Positions 1 to 13,400 of a stretch of DNA of 64,000 nt are shown here, one piece after another. The position numbers and the translations under genes were made by a program. Numbering within the stretch: the first letter of the stretch is position 1; each line of letters starts with the position of its first letter. Source of the stretch: Iphione sp. A-MEVVRFRX5. Its lineage: Eukaryota. The notes beneath the pieces are model-generated. The model was not told the DNA's origin. It was given only the letters and a program-made list of their open reading frames with translations, and ran no database searches. The stretch spans positions 41,974,001 to 42,038,000 of the forward strand of contig OZ320315.1 in assembly GCA_976226885.1 (NCBI GenBank), given 5' to 3'.

Positions 1-535
1 AAACTGCAGGAGAGTCGGGTATATATGTGTTCTGAAGCCAGAGGCCACACACAACCTTGAGGTTAATGCCTGCAGTCGTAAGGCTATCGACATTGAAAAT
101 TCATTACTGCCTCATGCTCAATTATCTGCCTATGGGTTATAATGTCCAGTGGGCTGTTGTCTCGGCCGGCCAGCATATTCTAGGTCGTGATCATGCGCAT
201 TGGTTATATAGTTTGGGACAACTTGGTCCTAGTGTTTACTCCCAGGTTTAAAGACGTTTTCTAGACATTGAAGGTATAGGAGTGTCACTGCCAACCATAT
301 TAGAAAATTTGGCTCCGTGTCCCTCTCGTGAAGAGGCCTATGTTCTCTGTTGACCAGTTTGGTTGGCTTCCTCGCCGCGGCCTTTCCTGTTGTTGGGTCA
401 TGTCTGGCCTGTGAACTGAATGTACGAGCTGGGCCACCGCACAAGTCGTGGCTCTGTTCTTCACTGTTCTTCAATTCCGTGTTTAATTGTCGATATGACA
501 TGAATGTAGTAGTGGAAGTTGTAGTAGCACCAGTA

Positions 536-594
<59 letters not shown>
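1..594 (+). mobile_element. Degenerate RTE-like non-LTR retrotransposon 3' relic ending in a (GTA)n tail
   Basis: Frameshifted pieces resemble the RTE ORF C-terminus in the right order: LYS..TWS (~LLYGxETW), ILENL (~ILxIxW), PSREEAY (~xNEEV), FLLLGHVW (~RLxLxGHV). These are followed by a trinucleotide tail. Recognised by eye only. Confidence 0.4.
506..594. repeat. (GTA/TAG)n microsatellite, pure from 541 to 594
   Basis: Directly visible; it produces the poly-Thr and poly-Val ORFs in the track. Confidence 0.97.
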
Positions 595-870
595 CGAGGG
601 GAGTGTCGTCGTGTACCTATTTCTTCTGCCACGCGCGGTGCTTGAGTAGCCCAGGTGCAAACCGATTTTTATCGGCCCTACAAATAGACTGTGTGCAGCA
701 CAGAGATGTACATGTAGCTAAATGACCTGACTGCCAGCAGGTAGGAAAAAAACCAGGGAATCTCCTCGAGTACAAAACGGTCGAAAAGGGCCTGTACCGC
801 CCGACAGGTGTGTACATTGGTAGCCAACCTGCTTGATTCTTTTCAAATCGTGGCTCTGTTCTTCACTGTA

Positions 871-1331
871 TGTAATATCATCCTGTTCATGTCACGGGTA
901 CCACCCATCTATTTTGTACACTGGATTCGCGGGTCGAGCTTAATTGTATGAAATGAATCAAATTAATTTATGATTTGTGCGTTTTGGCACTCACCGTCGA
1001 GTGTATGTTTTGTATGTATCAATGTATGCACATGTATAAGCCCATGGTATCACCCTATCTGCGGGTGTACACTTGTCTCTGTTCCATAGTATATCATCCT
1101 GTTCATGTCACGGGTACCACCCATCTGTTTTATACAATGGAATCGCGGGTCGATCTTAATTAATTGTATGAAAAGAATCAGTTTAATTTATGAGTTGTGC
1201 GTTTTGGCACTTGTCTCTGTTTCATAGTATATCATCCTGTTCGCGGTACCACCCATCTGGTTTTTACAATGGATTCGCGGGTCGAGCTTGTAGGAAATAA
1301 ATCTATTTAATTTATGATTGGTGCGTTTTGT
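871..1331. repeat. Three diverged copies of a ~105-140 bp unit (atatcatcctgttc...taccacccatct...cgcgggtcga...atttatga..gtgcgttttg)
   Basis: Copies at about 875-990, 1090-1212 and 1228-1331. The linker cacttgtctctgtt(c/t)catagt recurs at about 1069 and 1208. Confidence 0.9.
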
Positions 1332-1382
1332 CATATATATGTATCACTCTCCACTTGGTAGATACCGATCGATGGACATGCG

Positions 1383-1402
1383 TATATATATATATATATA
1401 TA
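1383..1402. repeat. (TA)n microsatellite
   Basis: Directly visible. Confidence 0.95.
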
Positions 1403-1593
1403 TGTATTTATAAGTATATAAAGTATATATGATTATAGAGGAGCACGATTTTCTCCCGAGTATGGTCGGGTCGAGATACAGCTATGTACTCGAAACTCAA
1501 AAATTTCGGGGGTGGACAGCTCACCCTGCCGCGGCAGAAGAGCGCAGGCTGTGAGTCCGAGCTGAGGGGCGGCGAGGGAGGCGATGTAGAAGG

Positions 1594-2700
1594 ATGCGCC
1601 ACAGCTGGCGCGCTCATTATCTCAGCGGGGTGCTGGTAGAGAGTGCCAGGCTTGACACCGAGAGCGCCAGGCTTTACAGCTGGTTTGACACGAAACCCGG
1701 ACGAGACGGGTTCGTGTACAGCACGCCGTACAGCACGCTGTACAGCACGGTCATAAAACGCAAAATTTGGAGTCGTGGGAAGGACAAACTAGAAAACAGT
1801 GAACCGGGTTCGTGGCTTTATGCCTTGCTTGATACATGGAAACGCAGCCTTAGTACATGGCCCGCTGACATGTTGTAGACGTTGCCATGCTGTTTGGACG
1901 ACGGAGTTCGGGAGCTGACCAGAGACTTCGCAGACCTAGTGCTCCATAAGGCGTGGCTGTCTACCTATAAGACATGTGTCCCTGTCGAGCTTCTGGGTTT
2001 TGTCAAACTCAGAGCAAGACCCTGCACCAACCCCGGCTCCCTGGTGCTCCTCAACTGTTGTTCTACATACACATATGGCGCTGGTGACCCGCTGTCAACC
2101 CCAGTTATGATGCATGAGGGGTACGACGTCCCTGCGGAACTGAGAACGTCCTGCTTAAAGACACACAAGTCACCCCTAGTACCTTAACACCCATACATAA
2201 TACATGGATATCTTGTTTTATCTTCAGAGAGAAACAATGTGCTTTTTTAAAAAAAATCTGAAACATCTGCATAAAACCGTGTACTTGATTATCTATTCCA
2301 ACAAAAGACGGGCTATGTGCACTATACGTACCGAGCAAAAACAGACTTGGTGCAAGTATGTTGCTTGCGTATTTGTCACGGCCAATTTGGCGTGTGATCC
2401 CTGAGTGAAACACTGTCAGAGTGATGACAAACGACTAGGGGTGCAACGCATACAATACTCTGGCAAACAAAAACGGTTTCCTGCATCTTATACCACTAGC
2501 GATATCCACCAGCTACCTCTGCAATCAGCAAGGCTCCCGTCATCGGCAATTACAGTTTCAAAACAAGATAAAAACACATCGTGATTGATACGCTTCTGTC
2601 GCCCCTCGAAACCTTGTCCATGCCTGTCAGTAAGGGGTATGTTTTCTAGCACCCGAGTAGGAATGATATATATGTAACATACTGAGCAGCCCAAGAATTC
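1594..2700 (+). mobile_element. Degenerate APE-endonuclease region (ORF2 N-terminus) of a CR1/L2-group LINE
   Basis: ORFs 1594-1878 and 1882-2187 are one frame broken by a single TAG. PADML*TLPCCLDDGVREL resembles PSIxLxNVRSLxNKxxEL, DLVLHKAWL resembles DIIxxTETWL, and ELLGFVKLRARPCTNPGSLV resembles LxGFxxxRxDR..GGGV. Further on, YPP (~2505) and APVIGNY (~2525-2545) resemble VYxPP and IxGDFN. Confidence 0.45.
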
Positions 2701-5599
2701 AAGGCCAAACGCAGACGGCGGGGGTGATAGCTTGGCCCGGCAGATTTTGTATGAACACATAGTTTCGAGTAATAATACCTCAGCGGCTAACTAGACCTCC
2801 AACTGGTGAAGAGAGATCTGACGGTCGGCTCTATCAGAGAAATCTACCGTCTCTTATATATTGGCAATAGATTGCGGCAAAAACCCAGGTGAATTATGTG
2901 ATAGTTTGTAGGCGCGGTTATTACGCAGTTATACTTTGTTTGAATTATCAGGGGATATCTTGTAGGTCAGGGGAAATTCACCAATGCGCCTTTTCATTTA
3001 TACCGCCGCTGGGCATCGCAGTGCACGTGTACTCATTTATCAGTAAGAATCATTACCCCAAATTCAAGTATTTGAACATAATCGTAAATCTGAGGTTTTT
3101 CTTTCTCTCACAGGGTTTGTTTCATTTCATCATAGGAAGGCGCCTTGGAGGACCTCATACTCGGTTATTCACTTCTCCCACCTGATACTTAAACATATCT
3201 AATCTGCCACTATCCTCGCAAACAACACAAACCACAATTTGCGGGGGATCCCGCTCTCAGCATGAAATAAAGTAAAACAAATATTGCGTCCAGTAACAAT
3301 ATGATGACTATTCGTCATTTGGCTATCGGTAAGTGGTTTCATAATGTGTTAATCAATTAGAATGACGTCATACTAATCGCCCCCTCCTTTTCAGCCCTCG
3401 GCGTGTGCTGCTCATTTGTTAATCATGGTCAAAGCCTTTTTCCCAGGATTTGGAGAGCCGGGTTGAAGTAAACTACACAGCTTAGAGAAAAAAATAGTTC
3501 AAAATACTGACTCTAATTCAGCGCGTTTGAATTTTTTTTGATATTCTCCTTTTCCTTTTTTAGAAGCAGGGGAGACCTTTAGAAGGAGAACAGGGAGGGG
3601 CAACCGTGACCTTTCCGTCTTCTCCTGCCCAGAACTTAAGATTTTTTTTCACCCCAAAAGCCGGGAGGGGAAAAATTGGTGGGTTGTGTGCCAGTGTGTG
3701 TTTTCTGTGCCTGCGCTCATGCAGCAGCAGCTGCAGCGGCAGTAGCCTCGGGAAAGCTCCTGGTTGCGACGAGGCCGTGGATTTAGGAGGGAGGCACACC
3801 GTTTTTAACGTGTTTCACTATAAGAAAGAGATCTGCCTTGCGCACCGGGTGTGAGTAGGGTTCAGGGTAAAACCTTTTAAGTCTGTCCCACGGCCCACCG
3901 CGGAGCGTACGTCATGTGAATGGCCAGCAATTTTCTGCAATTTTATTCCACTTTTCATAGGCAGCAAGGCGCATTTAATCATTACTTAAACGGAAGGTGT
4001 CCTCCTCGGTTTGTGATGCAGGCTTTGTGAGGTGGGTCACCTGTGGGGAGTATTCACCGATAATAGCCCGGATGGTATTTAAATTTGAAGTTAGGGTGTG
4101 AGGGACGCTCCACTGTGACTGCCAACAATAGCGCGGCTATGTCGAATTCAAGCTGTGAAATACCACCGCATTAAATTCATGTCTGAACACAGACGAATCT
4201 TGACATTTTATTCCCGCTGTATTGGAGAGAACGGTCCTCTCCAGCACTAAAACGACAGTATTCAAACATTATGAAAGCCATACACATGCTACAGACGTGA
4301 ATTCATTTCAATATTTCGCGGTGCAAGGCCCATTTGGAATTCAGTCCCATGAATAACTCGATGGACTCTACAGCCGAAAAATAGCCATTGTGTCTGCTTC
4401 TATTATTCAGGTATTTGTTGTACATGTATCTCGAATTACCATATATGTCCTCGGGCTGGACCTTGTATATGTATTATAGTAACAGGTGGAACAGCGAGTA
4501 CGAAATGATGCACCCTTAACTTGAGAATGCGAAAAAAGATCGATGGGAGGCCGAATCCCCTCTCGTGCCCGTTGTGGGGCTTGTATATTGTATACACCTC
4601 CGATCTCCGTGCGCCAGGCCGGATGGCCGCGTCCAATATCCGCCCCCGTCCTTTCCGGCGTAGCCTGCCTCGGGCGGCGACAGGATGATTCGATAAAGGA
4701 CTCGTGGCTCCATCTTTTATCCAGTCAGTCCTGGCCATGCTACACCTACCGTGCCTCCTTTCACTTTGCAGTGGTCGTACTTCGACCCGCAGCCTGCAGT
4801 GCTCATGCAGGAACACCATCGATTTGAGTCGCTAATTTGTCGATGGACGGTGAACTTCAGTCCATAAATACAGCAAGTGCAGCACGTGTAGAATAGCAGC
4901 CGGTTCTCTGCCGATTTCGCACGCCATTCCTATAGTTGTAGGAAATGCATTTCGCTGGGTTTACTTGTTACAGCACTGAACTAACCTAACTGCCCCCCCC
5001 CCGTCGGTGGCTAACCTGGGGGCTAGCTCCATTGCGACACTGCCCGTCTTTCGGCGAATAAATAGGATATCAATTATGCACAGCACCTAAATGCCAGCAA
5101 GGCCTTCGCTGCTGAGAACACTGCGGATAAACGAATTAGGACATTGGGCCACGGCCATGTCAGGCACTGAATTAGTGTCATTTCATGGCACCTTAGGCGC
5201 GAGTTTGTGCGACCCTCCTGCTATTCCCGCCCTGTTTTGACCTCGGGGGCTCCCCACCTATATACTTCTGCGCCTCTATGTTCAGAGACTCCCCTCGACA
5301 AGGCAGAGGTAACCTGACAATCACATCTGTGGCAGTGGGCAGTATGGCACCGTGTGCCTACCTTCACACTGTCTGGCCAATTGTCGTAATTGTGTCGGCG
5401 GCCGACCTAGCTCCAAAAACTTAGTGAAAGGACATTGTTGATGGCTTCACCGATCGCCATCGGCGCAGCCCGAAGGGACAGGCTTAGAGGCGGTGAGTTC
5501 GTACCGAGCCCACAATGAGACGTGCCTCGTGTTACCTGCAGCAGGGGCCTCGCCACGTTTTCATCGACCATTACTCTCAGTCCAGTAGCTCTGCACAGA

Positions 5600-5760
5600 C
5601 GGCCTCTCTTTGTGGACAGCGCGCCCCAATCATCGCGCCACTGACGCCTCATTGGTCAGCATGAAAGGGCGCGAACTGAAGTAGGCGCCCCCTCCGTGCT
5701 GGTAATGCTGACTTAGATAAACCGCCGCCACCCCCCCACCCCCAAGCCGTGAAAACCGGA
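5600..5760. promoter_or_regulatory. Promoter/enhancer-like patch with two oppositely oriented CCAAT boxes and GC tracts
   Basis: CCAATCA at 5626-32, ATTGG at 5651-55, TGACGC between them, and C-rich tracts downstream. No transcript evidence. Confidence 0.25.
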
Positions 5761-8700
5761 AAACGTCGCCAAAAGAAAACGATTTAGTTTTGCTTCGATC
5801 CGTATGAGAATAGTTCCCATTGTATTGACGTGTCAATAACCAGGTACTTTCGGATCTGCTCAATTTCCAAGGATCCTTTTGTTTCGTTATTATTCAACGT
5901 GCGGAAGGATAACCATCACCCAACTGCCCCCTTTTTCTTTTCTCATCGATAGCCCTGCATAATACCCTCCTGCAGGCATTATCCCATTACATTTTCAGGA
6001 CGCTTCTTATGGAAGCATTGTGATTTTGATGCCCCAGTTACCCAATCACCTGGATTCTCACCCTTCTAATTTTCCCGGCCGATAACGATTAGTTGAAATT
6101 CAAATATTAAAAAGTGCAGGGCACTTTTTTGTTCGAGATGAGACCTCATTCAGTACAATTATCAATGTCCCTACTCTTCAATTTATAAACTCCACTGTAG
6201 CGGAAAGAAGATAAGTGTGGATTTTTAAAAACATTTTTTGTCCATTACCTTCAAAATCATTGGCAAAATCGCACTTTTGTGATTTTTTTGTAGGGGATAA
6301 GACTATTTGTGTATTTGTTTTATGCCATTGTGCCGTTAATGATATATTGAATATTTTTCCTATGTCCACACATCTAGACCAGATATATACATGTACATGT
6401 ATATACATGTACATGTTAGACTGCATGTCCACGATATTCAACACGAGCATTGAGACATTCCAAGTTGTTTATATTGTAATCTGACGAAAGTGAATACCTT
6501 TGTGCACACTTCCACATTCACCACATCTGTCCGGTTCAGATGGGTTCTGACATATTGACCCATATCCTGCGCGCACCATGTGACCAAAGGGGGTAAAAGT
6601 TGACCAACAATACCCCTACAGAACTGTGCAGATCAAAGTGACTTACCGCCAAGCGAAGCACATATATTATGGGGTTAGGGTCATCGGTATCTCCACGTCT
6701 ATTTCTGCTCGCACAACCGCCATTTGAAGCCAATCATCCATATGTCAGTAAAGTTCATTTGAAAAGCCTGTGGTTTGTCCCTTATCAAAGAGGAACAATA
6801 TACTAGAACTGGAAAAATGACCCCGCCACTCCGGAGCATGGGGCAAAGTTGTTTTGTAGCTTCTGAAGAAGCGTAGCAACCATTGGTCTAGCGATTTGGG
6901 TGTTCAGCAGCCACGTCTCTATCAAACTATTGTATTCGGAGCAGGACGTGACGTCGGCAGGGCTTGTTTTAGGCTGCCTGGGTCGCTGACACGTGACTGC
7001 GGCTAATGAGGGGAAACGCCATGATAATGTGACTAATGTTTGTAACTCGAGTTCGGCAGTAACGCCGGCCGAGCTGACAGGGGCCATGTGGAGGGCAGGC
7101 GGCACGCTCGCTTTGATCCCCTCCCGCCAAAGGCAATGAAGTGTGGATCACACGGACCATGACATTTCCCAGACTCCGTCGATAACCTTCCAGCGGATCA
7201 CCTACACTATTTTGGTCCCGAGCGTTGTCTTTAATCAGGTATTAGCCACGTCCTTTGCACTTTGGGAGACCTTATCTCTCATTGATGTCGACTCCTCATC
7301 AGCCCTTGCTAACGTCCTAAGGCGTCTCCTTTGTTCTTTATTCTGCTTGTGTCAGTTAATTAATATGGTGTACGTGGCATTAGCATATCTAAGCACTCTT
7401 TGTCGTACACTTGTGCTACTGGCAACGTCCATGTGAGAGACAGTCACACAGACCCGCAATCTTCAAGCCAGATACGGTTCACTTACATCAAGGGGGCACC
7501 GCCAATTCTAACATGGCATGAACACATGCTACTGCCAACTGGTACACAGTTCACCTCAAGATTAAGTAATTGGGTGCGCAGTTTGTCGCGGTAATACCCA
7601 CCTTCTTGTACACGCCCCATCCATATTGGAACTCCTCGACAATTCTCACAGATGCACTTTGAGAATTGTGTCAGATGGATGAGGTTTGTTTGGTGATGCT
7701 ACATACATGGTATTCAGTGTAGATATTCGGTCTTTTCTCGTCTCAGTTATTGAGAAACAAGAAATGACTTTACACACTTGAATGCTGAGAACTAGACTTT
7801 TCTCTGCTGATAACGGGCAGTTTCAGAACAATATTTGAAAGTCTAGCGAAAGGTCATCTACTAAAAAAAATCTTTCTGTCTGGTTATGAATGGGTGTTGT
7901 TTGCATGGGACAAATTAAATATCTTTTTTTAGCCGATCTCGACAGTTTTGTTCGCTGCCTCGTTTAAGCAGAACAGTAGATCTCAACTGATACCCATATG
8001 GTCACAGATTATGCATTCAGCCACAGGTGACCCGAACAGAAAGCTCAAACTATACCCATTGTTTCAATACAGGTGGACGATTTTGTGTCTACGACAGATG
8101 CACATTTGTAGCCAAGGAAAAAGATTACTTACTGTGACTGTCGGTTACACCTGGCTCCTATAGTTTAGGAGTATTGACTTCACTGTGTGTCATCAGTCAC
8201 AGTCCATCTGTTGCTGGCTTTAGCTCTGAAGAACAAACTCGGCTACACTCGTCAGATGTTTTGAAACTGTGCTGGTTTTCCACTGATTGTCTAAATGATT
8301 AGGATCGCATTCGGACCGGAACACTAATCTAAAGGGCTAGAGCAAACCCACGTTTCGCTCAGTCAAGTTCAGAGCCACTGAAGCAACGTCCCTCAAAGCA
8401 TTCAGTTCGGTTCCCATCTATCACAGCAGGTAATCACAGTAGACGCCGAAGGAATAATTTCAGTTTTCAATAGATGCACTATTCAGGGTTGACTTTTTGC
8501 CCATTTACCTCTTGGCCATCATGAATGGAACATCCGTTATATTTTTTTGGAGATATTTTGCCTATTGTAGTCTGTACGAGTGGAGTTGAGCCCAACCCAT
8601 CTTTTCCCATCGTCATACGCAAGCCCCGGTTTGAATGAATTCGACTGATGGATTCGATCTAGATTGGCCTGAAGCACCGATTTGTTGATCCCCATAGGGC

Positions 8701-9699
8701 CGTCCTTAGCCCAGGAGCAGCGTCCCAGCCAATAGATCGCCGTGATATAGACCATTGCCGAGCCTCAATTGGCATCACTCAGTTGTGGCTTATAACCAAT
8801 GCTGCAGTGATTCGCGTGGCGTAAGCTCTTTGAAATAGGTACCAACGGGGGAAAAAAGACATGTCAACGAAGAACATGTTTTTTTTTCTTTCTACCTTTT
8901 CCTTCTTTTCGAATGCAGATGCCAAAGAGCAAAAAGCATAACCTCCTTCTCTCTGAAACAAAAACGTTGAAGAGGAGTCTACAGTTTCCTATCGAGAAGG
9001 TGGATCGCACGTTCCCTTTCTCCGAGGGATAATACATGTAGATTTATATCTTCTTGATACTGGGCCAGCGGCTGACTTCTGTTATCAACATCGTGGGGGA
9101 CTGTTAAGGGACCCAGGAGGCAGGCAAGTGTGATGATTCACCATACACGGCAGACTCTCCAGGCTGGCCAGGCCGTTTGCCGTACTCCGCATTCTCTCTA
9201 TACATCCAGGAGGAAAGGCTCAAAACTATCCTGGGACTTGTTGAGAGTCGGCATAGCTTGAGTCAGCAATACAGTTGAGCAAGAACATATATAATCTTTC
9301 TTTATCTGTATGTGCATGAACTTGCTCTCTATTGCTATTAAAAATATTATCATATACATGTATTTGCACAGGAAAAAGCTTACATTCTTTCTAAAAAATA
9401 TAATAGAGGGACATGCTGGTCTAAAACACATTCCAGTCAAGACTAGGTTATTTGAGGACCCTCTGCCTACTAGCAACACTAACGTATCTGCTGATATAAT
9501 ACTAGATAGTGTCCTAAAAGCACCCTCAGTGATAGAACCTAGGGGCCCTGTCGCATGACATGGAACAGGCCACCAACCCATTACCCAAACCCTAAAGGTA
9601 CCTTCAACTGGGCATACGGGTAGAACCTGTACTTCTCTACATGGAAGCTCCGATACTAGCTGAACAATTACTCAAATACACATGCTCGATGCTTGGTCC

Positions 9700-10460
9700 A
9701 ATCTTTGAGGCAATTTTCCCTCCGGGAGAAGTCAATAGGAAAAATGGTGATTGCCAAATGGTAAGGACTGCAATATTGTAAGGAAGAATACACAGGTAGC
9801 GCTTCATCTTCCAAAGTGACCAGAGAAAATGGTTGATATATCTAGAGTGACATTGTTTACACAGTGTTTACTGTATTATCTCTGAAGATGTCGCTCTGGT
9901 GTAGGGAAGCTGCAAAGTCCATTAGCTGCATGGGCCCTGTATGTTTGCCCTATCTAGATATGCACGTCAGCAAGAGAAAGAGTAGCGTTAGCAAAATACA
10001 GGAACTCCCCCAGTTTCCTGCGATGCCTCTAGCCTGCGAACGGTAGGGTATGACCTTAGTAAGATCAATGAAAATGTACTAGCTCGCAATTTCCCAACAC
10101 TAAGGATGTCTTTCAGTGTTGTAAAAATGGTGGCTGCACTCCCCCATCTTTTGAGTGATGGCTTGCCTTGAATTGACGTTGGCGATAAGGGGTACCTCGC
10201 TGATGTCCTGCCCCACCAGTTCTGTATGATTATTACCTCCGTGACCCCCAGCGGTAGGCAGGGCGACCACCCTGCGACAGGCACTCTAGTGGTTACCTTC
10301 AGGCTCAGCAACTCTCCATCACAGAAACTTTGCACAGAGTCCATTGTTTTAAGGCTCTAGCGCTAGATCAACGGAGAGAGCGGTGTTGACCATGTAGTTT
10401 TTGCAAGTCTCGACCAGAAATTCGAGATACAAAGCTTTTGGTGACACGTAAAGGGAATGA
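9700..10460 (-). mobile_element. Highly degraded RTE-like reverse-transcriptase relic
   Basis: Minus-strand fragments occur in RT order: VDLALE..N, DGELLSLKVTTRVP..SPCL (~DGxLSxxFxVTTGVxQGxxLSPxL), FIDLTKVI (~INxxKTKVM), EFLYF...DVHI*IGQ (~EFxYLG...DVxxRIGK). Many stops and frameshifts. Confidence 0.4.
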
Positions 10461-13400
10461 GCATATAAGAATTATACTTCACGTCAAATACATGTAATTG
10501 ATAACAATGGTCTTCATAATGCCACAGTCATTTAACACTCTACCCTACCAAGCACTACATATAGGAGCATTGTGTGATTTGCGTGACTTGTGTTCGCCTT
10601 TGCCCTATTTCATGACAGAAACCTTATGTCACAGCGTGCAGTCTGACCATTTTTTCGTACGGACCTCATCATTTACATGAAAAATAACGACCCAGCAGTT
10701 GTCTCGGTGTTGAAATGGTTGACGCCAATGTATGGTTTTGATTCGGGATGAAAACCTGTAGTCCCTCGTGCGCCAGCTTCTAAGCTAACATTATGTATTG
10801 ATCCAGATTCCTGTCTCGACAATATCAATCATAAAGCTGTAACACCCACACTGCGCTGACAAGTACCGGCGCTTGATTGACTGTGATGTCAAATACTTTG
10901 AACTCTTATACAAACAGCTGACTCCTGTTGGTTTTTGCAGCGAGGAACCACGTGCTTGTTAAACTGCGCCCACTAACCAGGTATAGCCATGGGAAAATGT
11001 TCGCATATCGCTCATTTCCTGAGAGGGCCTGATTGAATATATCCCATTGCCTAGATTGAGATTTCCCCTAACAGTAACACAGATGGCCACGTGACCCCTC
11101 CTTACTACCAGCCGCCCGCGGGCTAAGAACCCCTCACTTTGCTGCAGCAGAAGCCCTATAAACAGAGGTCACATGGTGCCTCAAGATAACCGCTAGGCTT
11201 ATCATCACACAGATAAGATAAACTTGCTACTTCGCCTGGTGAATGATGAAGGGCTCCTGAGGATGGATGGCGGAAGTAGGATCTAAGTAAGTCAGTAAAT
11301 AAACGAGGTATACATGTATGTACGTGTACGGAGAGAGAAAATGATGAAATACTTTCTCGGATTAAAAAAATATTCCCCACGATCGATTCAGGAGATGAGA
11401 GGATGAAGTATGTTGGATGTTCTCTCCCCTCCTTTGCGGTCATAAGGTTTACTAAGCCCTGTAATTTAAAGAACGATGGTTGTGTCATTACAAATGGCAG
11501 TGAGAAATCTTCGTCAAACTTTACAATCGGGGTACGCATATCGAATACATTAATGCGTTGTGCAGTACATATTGTAAATACATAATGAAGTCATTGGTTG
11601 TGTAATGTGATATCCAGTTGACGAAATAAGGGCGATATCCACCGCGCCGGCGACCCCAGTTCTAGTCCAGGCTTTCCTAACAGCTATACTTTTCACTCTA
11701 GCGAGCTTTCCTCCTCCATGCGGGGGGAGACAAACCGATATAATAGCAGTCAAACCATGCTAGTGTAACGAGTATACCATGTCAGCCTTAGGCAGCCTTT
11801 CCATGTACAACGTACACATATTCATGGTGTCAGATACATCGCCTTAACATCTTTTTGAACTAGACTGCATGCATGATGCTTTCCTATATACACGTTAATA
11901 CAATAGACACAATTACCACAGTCGGCCAGCTCGATACCTGATTTCTGTTAGAATCAACTGATCATGCATCCCACCTAAGCTTTCACATAATGGAAAGCCC
12001 ATCAACGGAGGATGTTATGTGCAGACACATGGGTAGGCAGCAGTTTATTCCGGTGTCCTGGTTTGCCATGCATATTGCACTTACGTTGCTGAGAGCACGA
12101 ACATTTGTACATGGAAAGCCTGTTTTTTTTACAGGTACACACTGCTAAGTATAACCAATATGAAGATATGACGCCTGTAGTTAATCACCCCTCCGCATGC
12201 CATTGTACGTGTACACCATGCAATGGGTGCTCCGACAACCATTGAACACAATGGCCGTACCCGATCAAGTGCACCCTTGTTGCCATTGGTACTAAATCTT
12301 CATGGATGCATATTATTAACATATAGATGGCACTTATGTAGCACGAGACACATACAGGCAGCACGGTCCATCTTTCTTCTTTCTAATGGTTTCTGGTTAA
12401 ATATTCATGTTTTATAAGACGCAAATACTCTTATATGCGAATCACCCGTATGACATTGAAAGATATTCAATCTTAATGTAAATGTACATTGCATTTATTG
12501 TGTACACGGCATAGACTGCTTCTATATGGAGGTTACCCGGACCATCAGTTAAAACCAGTAACCAGTACGCATCAGGCTTTTTTATGTTTGAGCATACCCG
12601 AGCTGAAAGCTGCCTACTTTTTCCTTTGTCATTACTGTAATGGTAAACTGAAGAAATTCTCCAGTCAACTCACCTGAGAAAGAAAAACGCGAAACTTTAT
12701 CTCCAGGTTGTAATCCCCAGGACATATCTCATCAAGGCTGGCCCTGTTTGTAATGTTTTACGACTGCTGTGCACAAAAAGGAGCGAATAAGACATTTTTT
12801 TGAATCACTACCCATCAAGCTGGCGTGTTGGCAGGCACGCAGGTAGTATTTCAGACCGCACCTGTTTGCAGAACTCCTAGAGAGCCGTGCGTACAGTCGC
12901 CGAAGCAGAACACGGCACTCAAAGCCATTCCGGGAATCACAGGGCCCGATGTGGATTTGATTAGACTTAATTGATATAATTCAGCGCCCAAGAAGGAGGG
13001 ATGAGTGGGCTGGTGAACCAGTGGCCGGGATGCTCGCCAGCTGCTGTGTCAATCACCTCACGGCGAGCGCCTCGGAGGGACTCGCACAGGGCGGGCGGCC
13101 TGCTTTGGTCATCAAGGACGATGAGACACTCCGGAGGTCGGACCACTGCAGAGTACCCCCCTCCAGCAGTGGGCGCCACTGTCACACAAGGTGGGGTCAC
13201 TGGGAGAGGTCACTTCCTCGGCGGCCACCGATGACAGGGCGGGGACTCAAGAATGGGTATTAATCAGGACTTGACAGGCTGTCAACACTATGTACTCTGG
13301 CAGGGTATGCGGCTATACCTCATGCCATGGGCAGACGAACCTGACAGCTAATGCAGGTCATAGCACTCACACGAGGCGGGAATATATCACGACAAGAGCG

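Noticed and set aside
229-660. 143-aa mucin-like poly-Thr ORF and opposite-strand poly-Val ORF
   Set aside because: Translations of the (GTA)n microsatellite.
1488-2771. TA-flanked inverted repeat CTCGAAACT...AGTTTCGAG suggesting a DNA transposon
   Set aside because: Only 9-11 bp with no extension; the interior is better explained as a LINE endonuclease relic.
4516-4830. GC-rich ORF cluster with a weak APE-like YTPP/GD pattern; similar weak pattern at 13000-13260
   Set aside because: Too few conserved residues to call; may be old LINE debris or enhancers.
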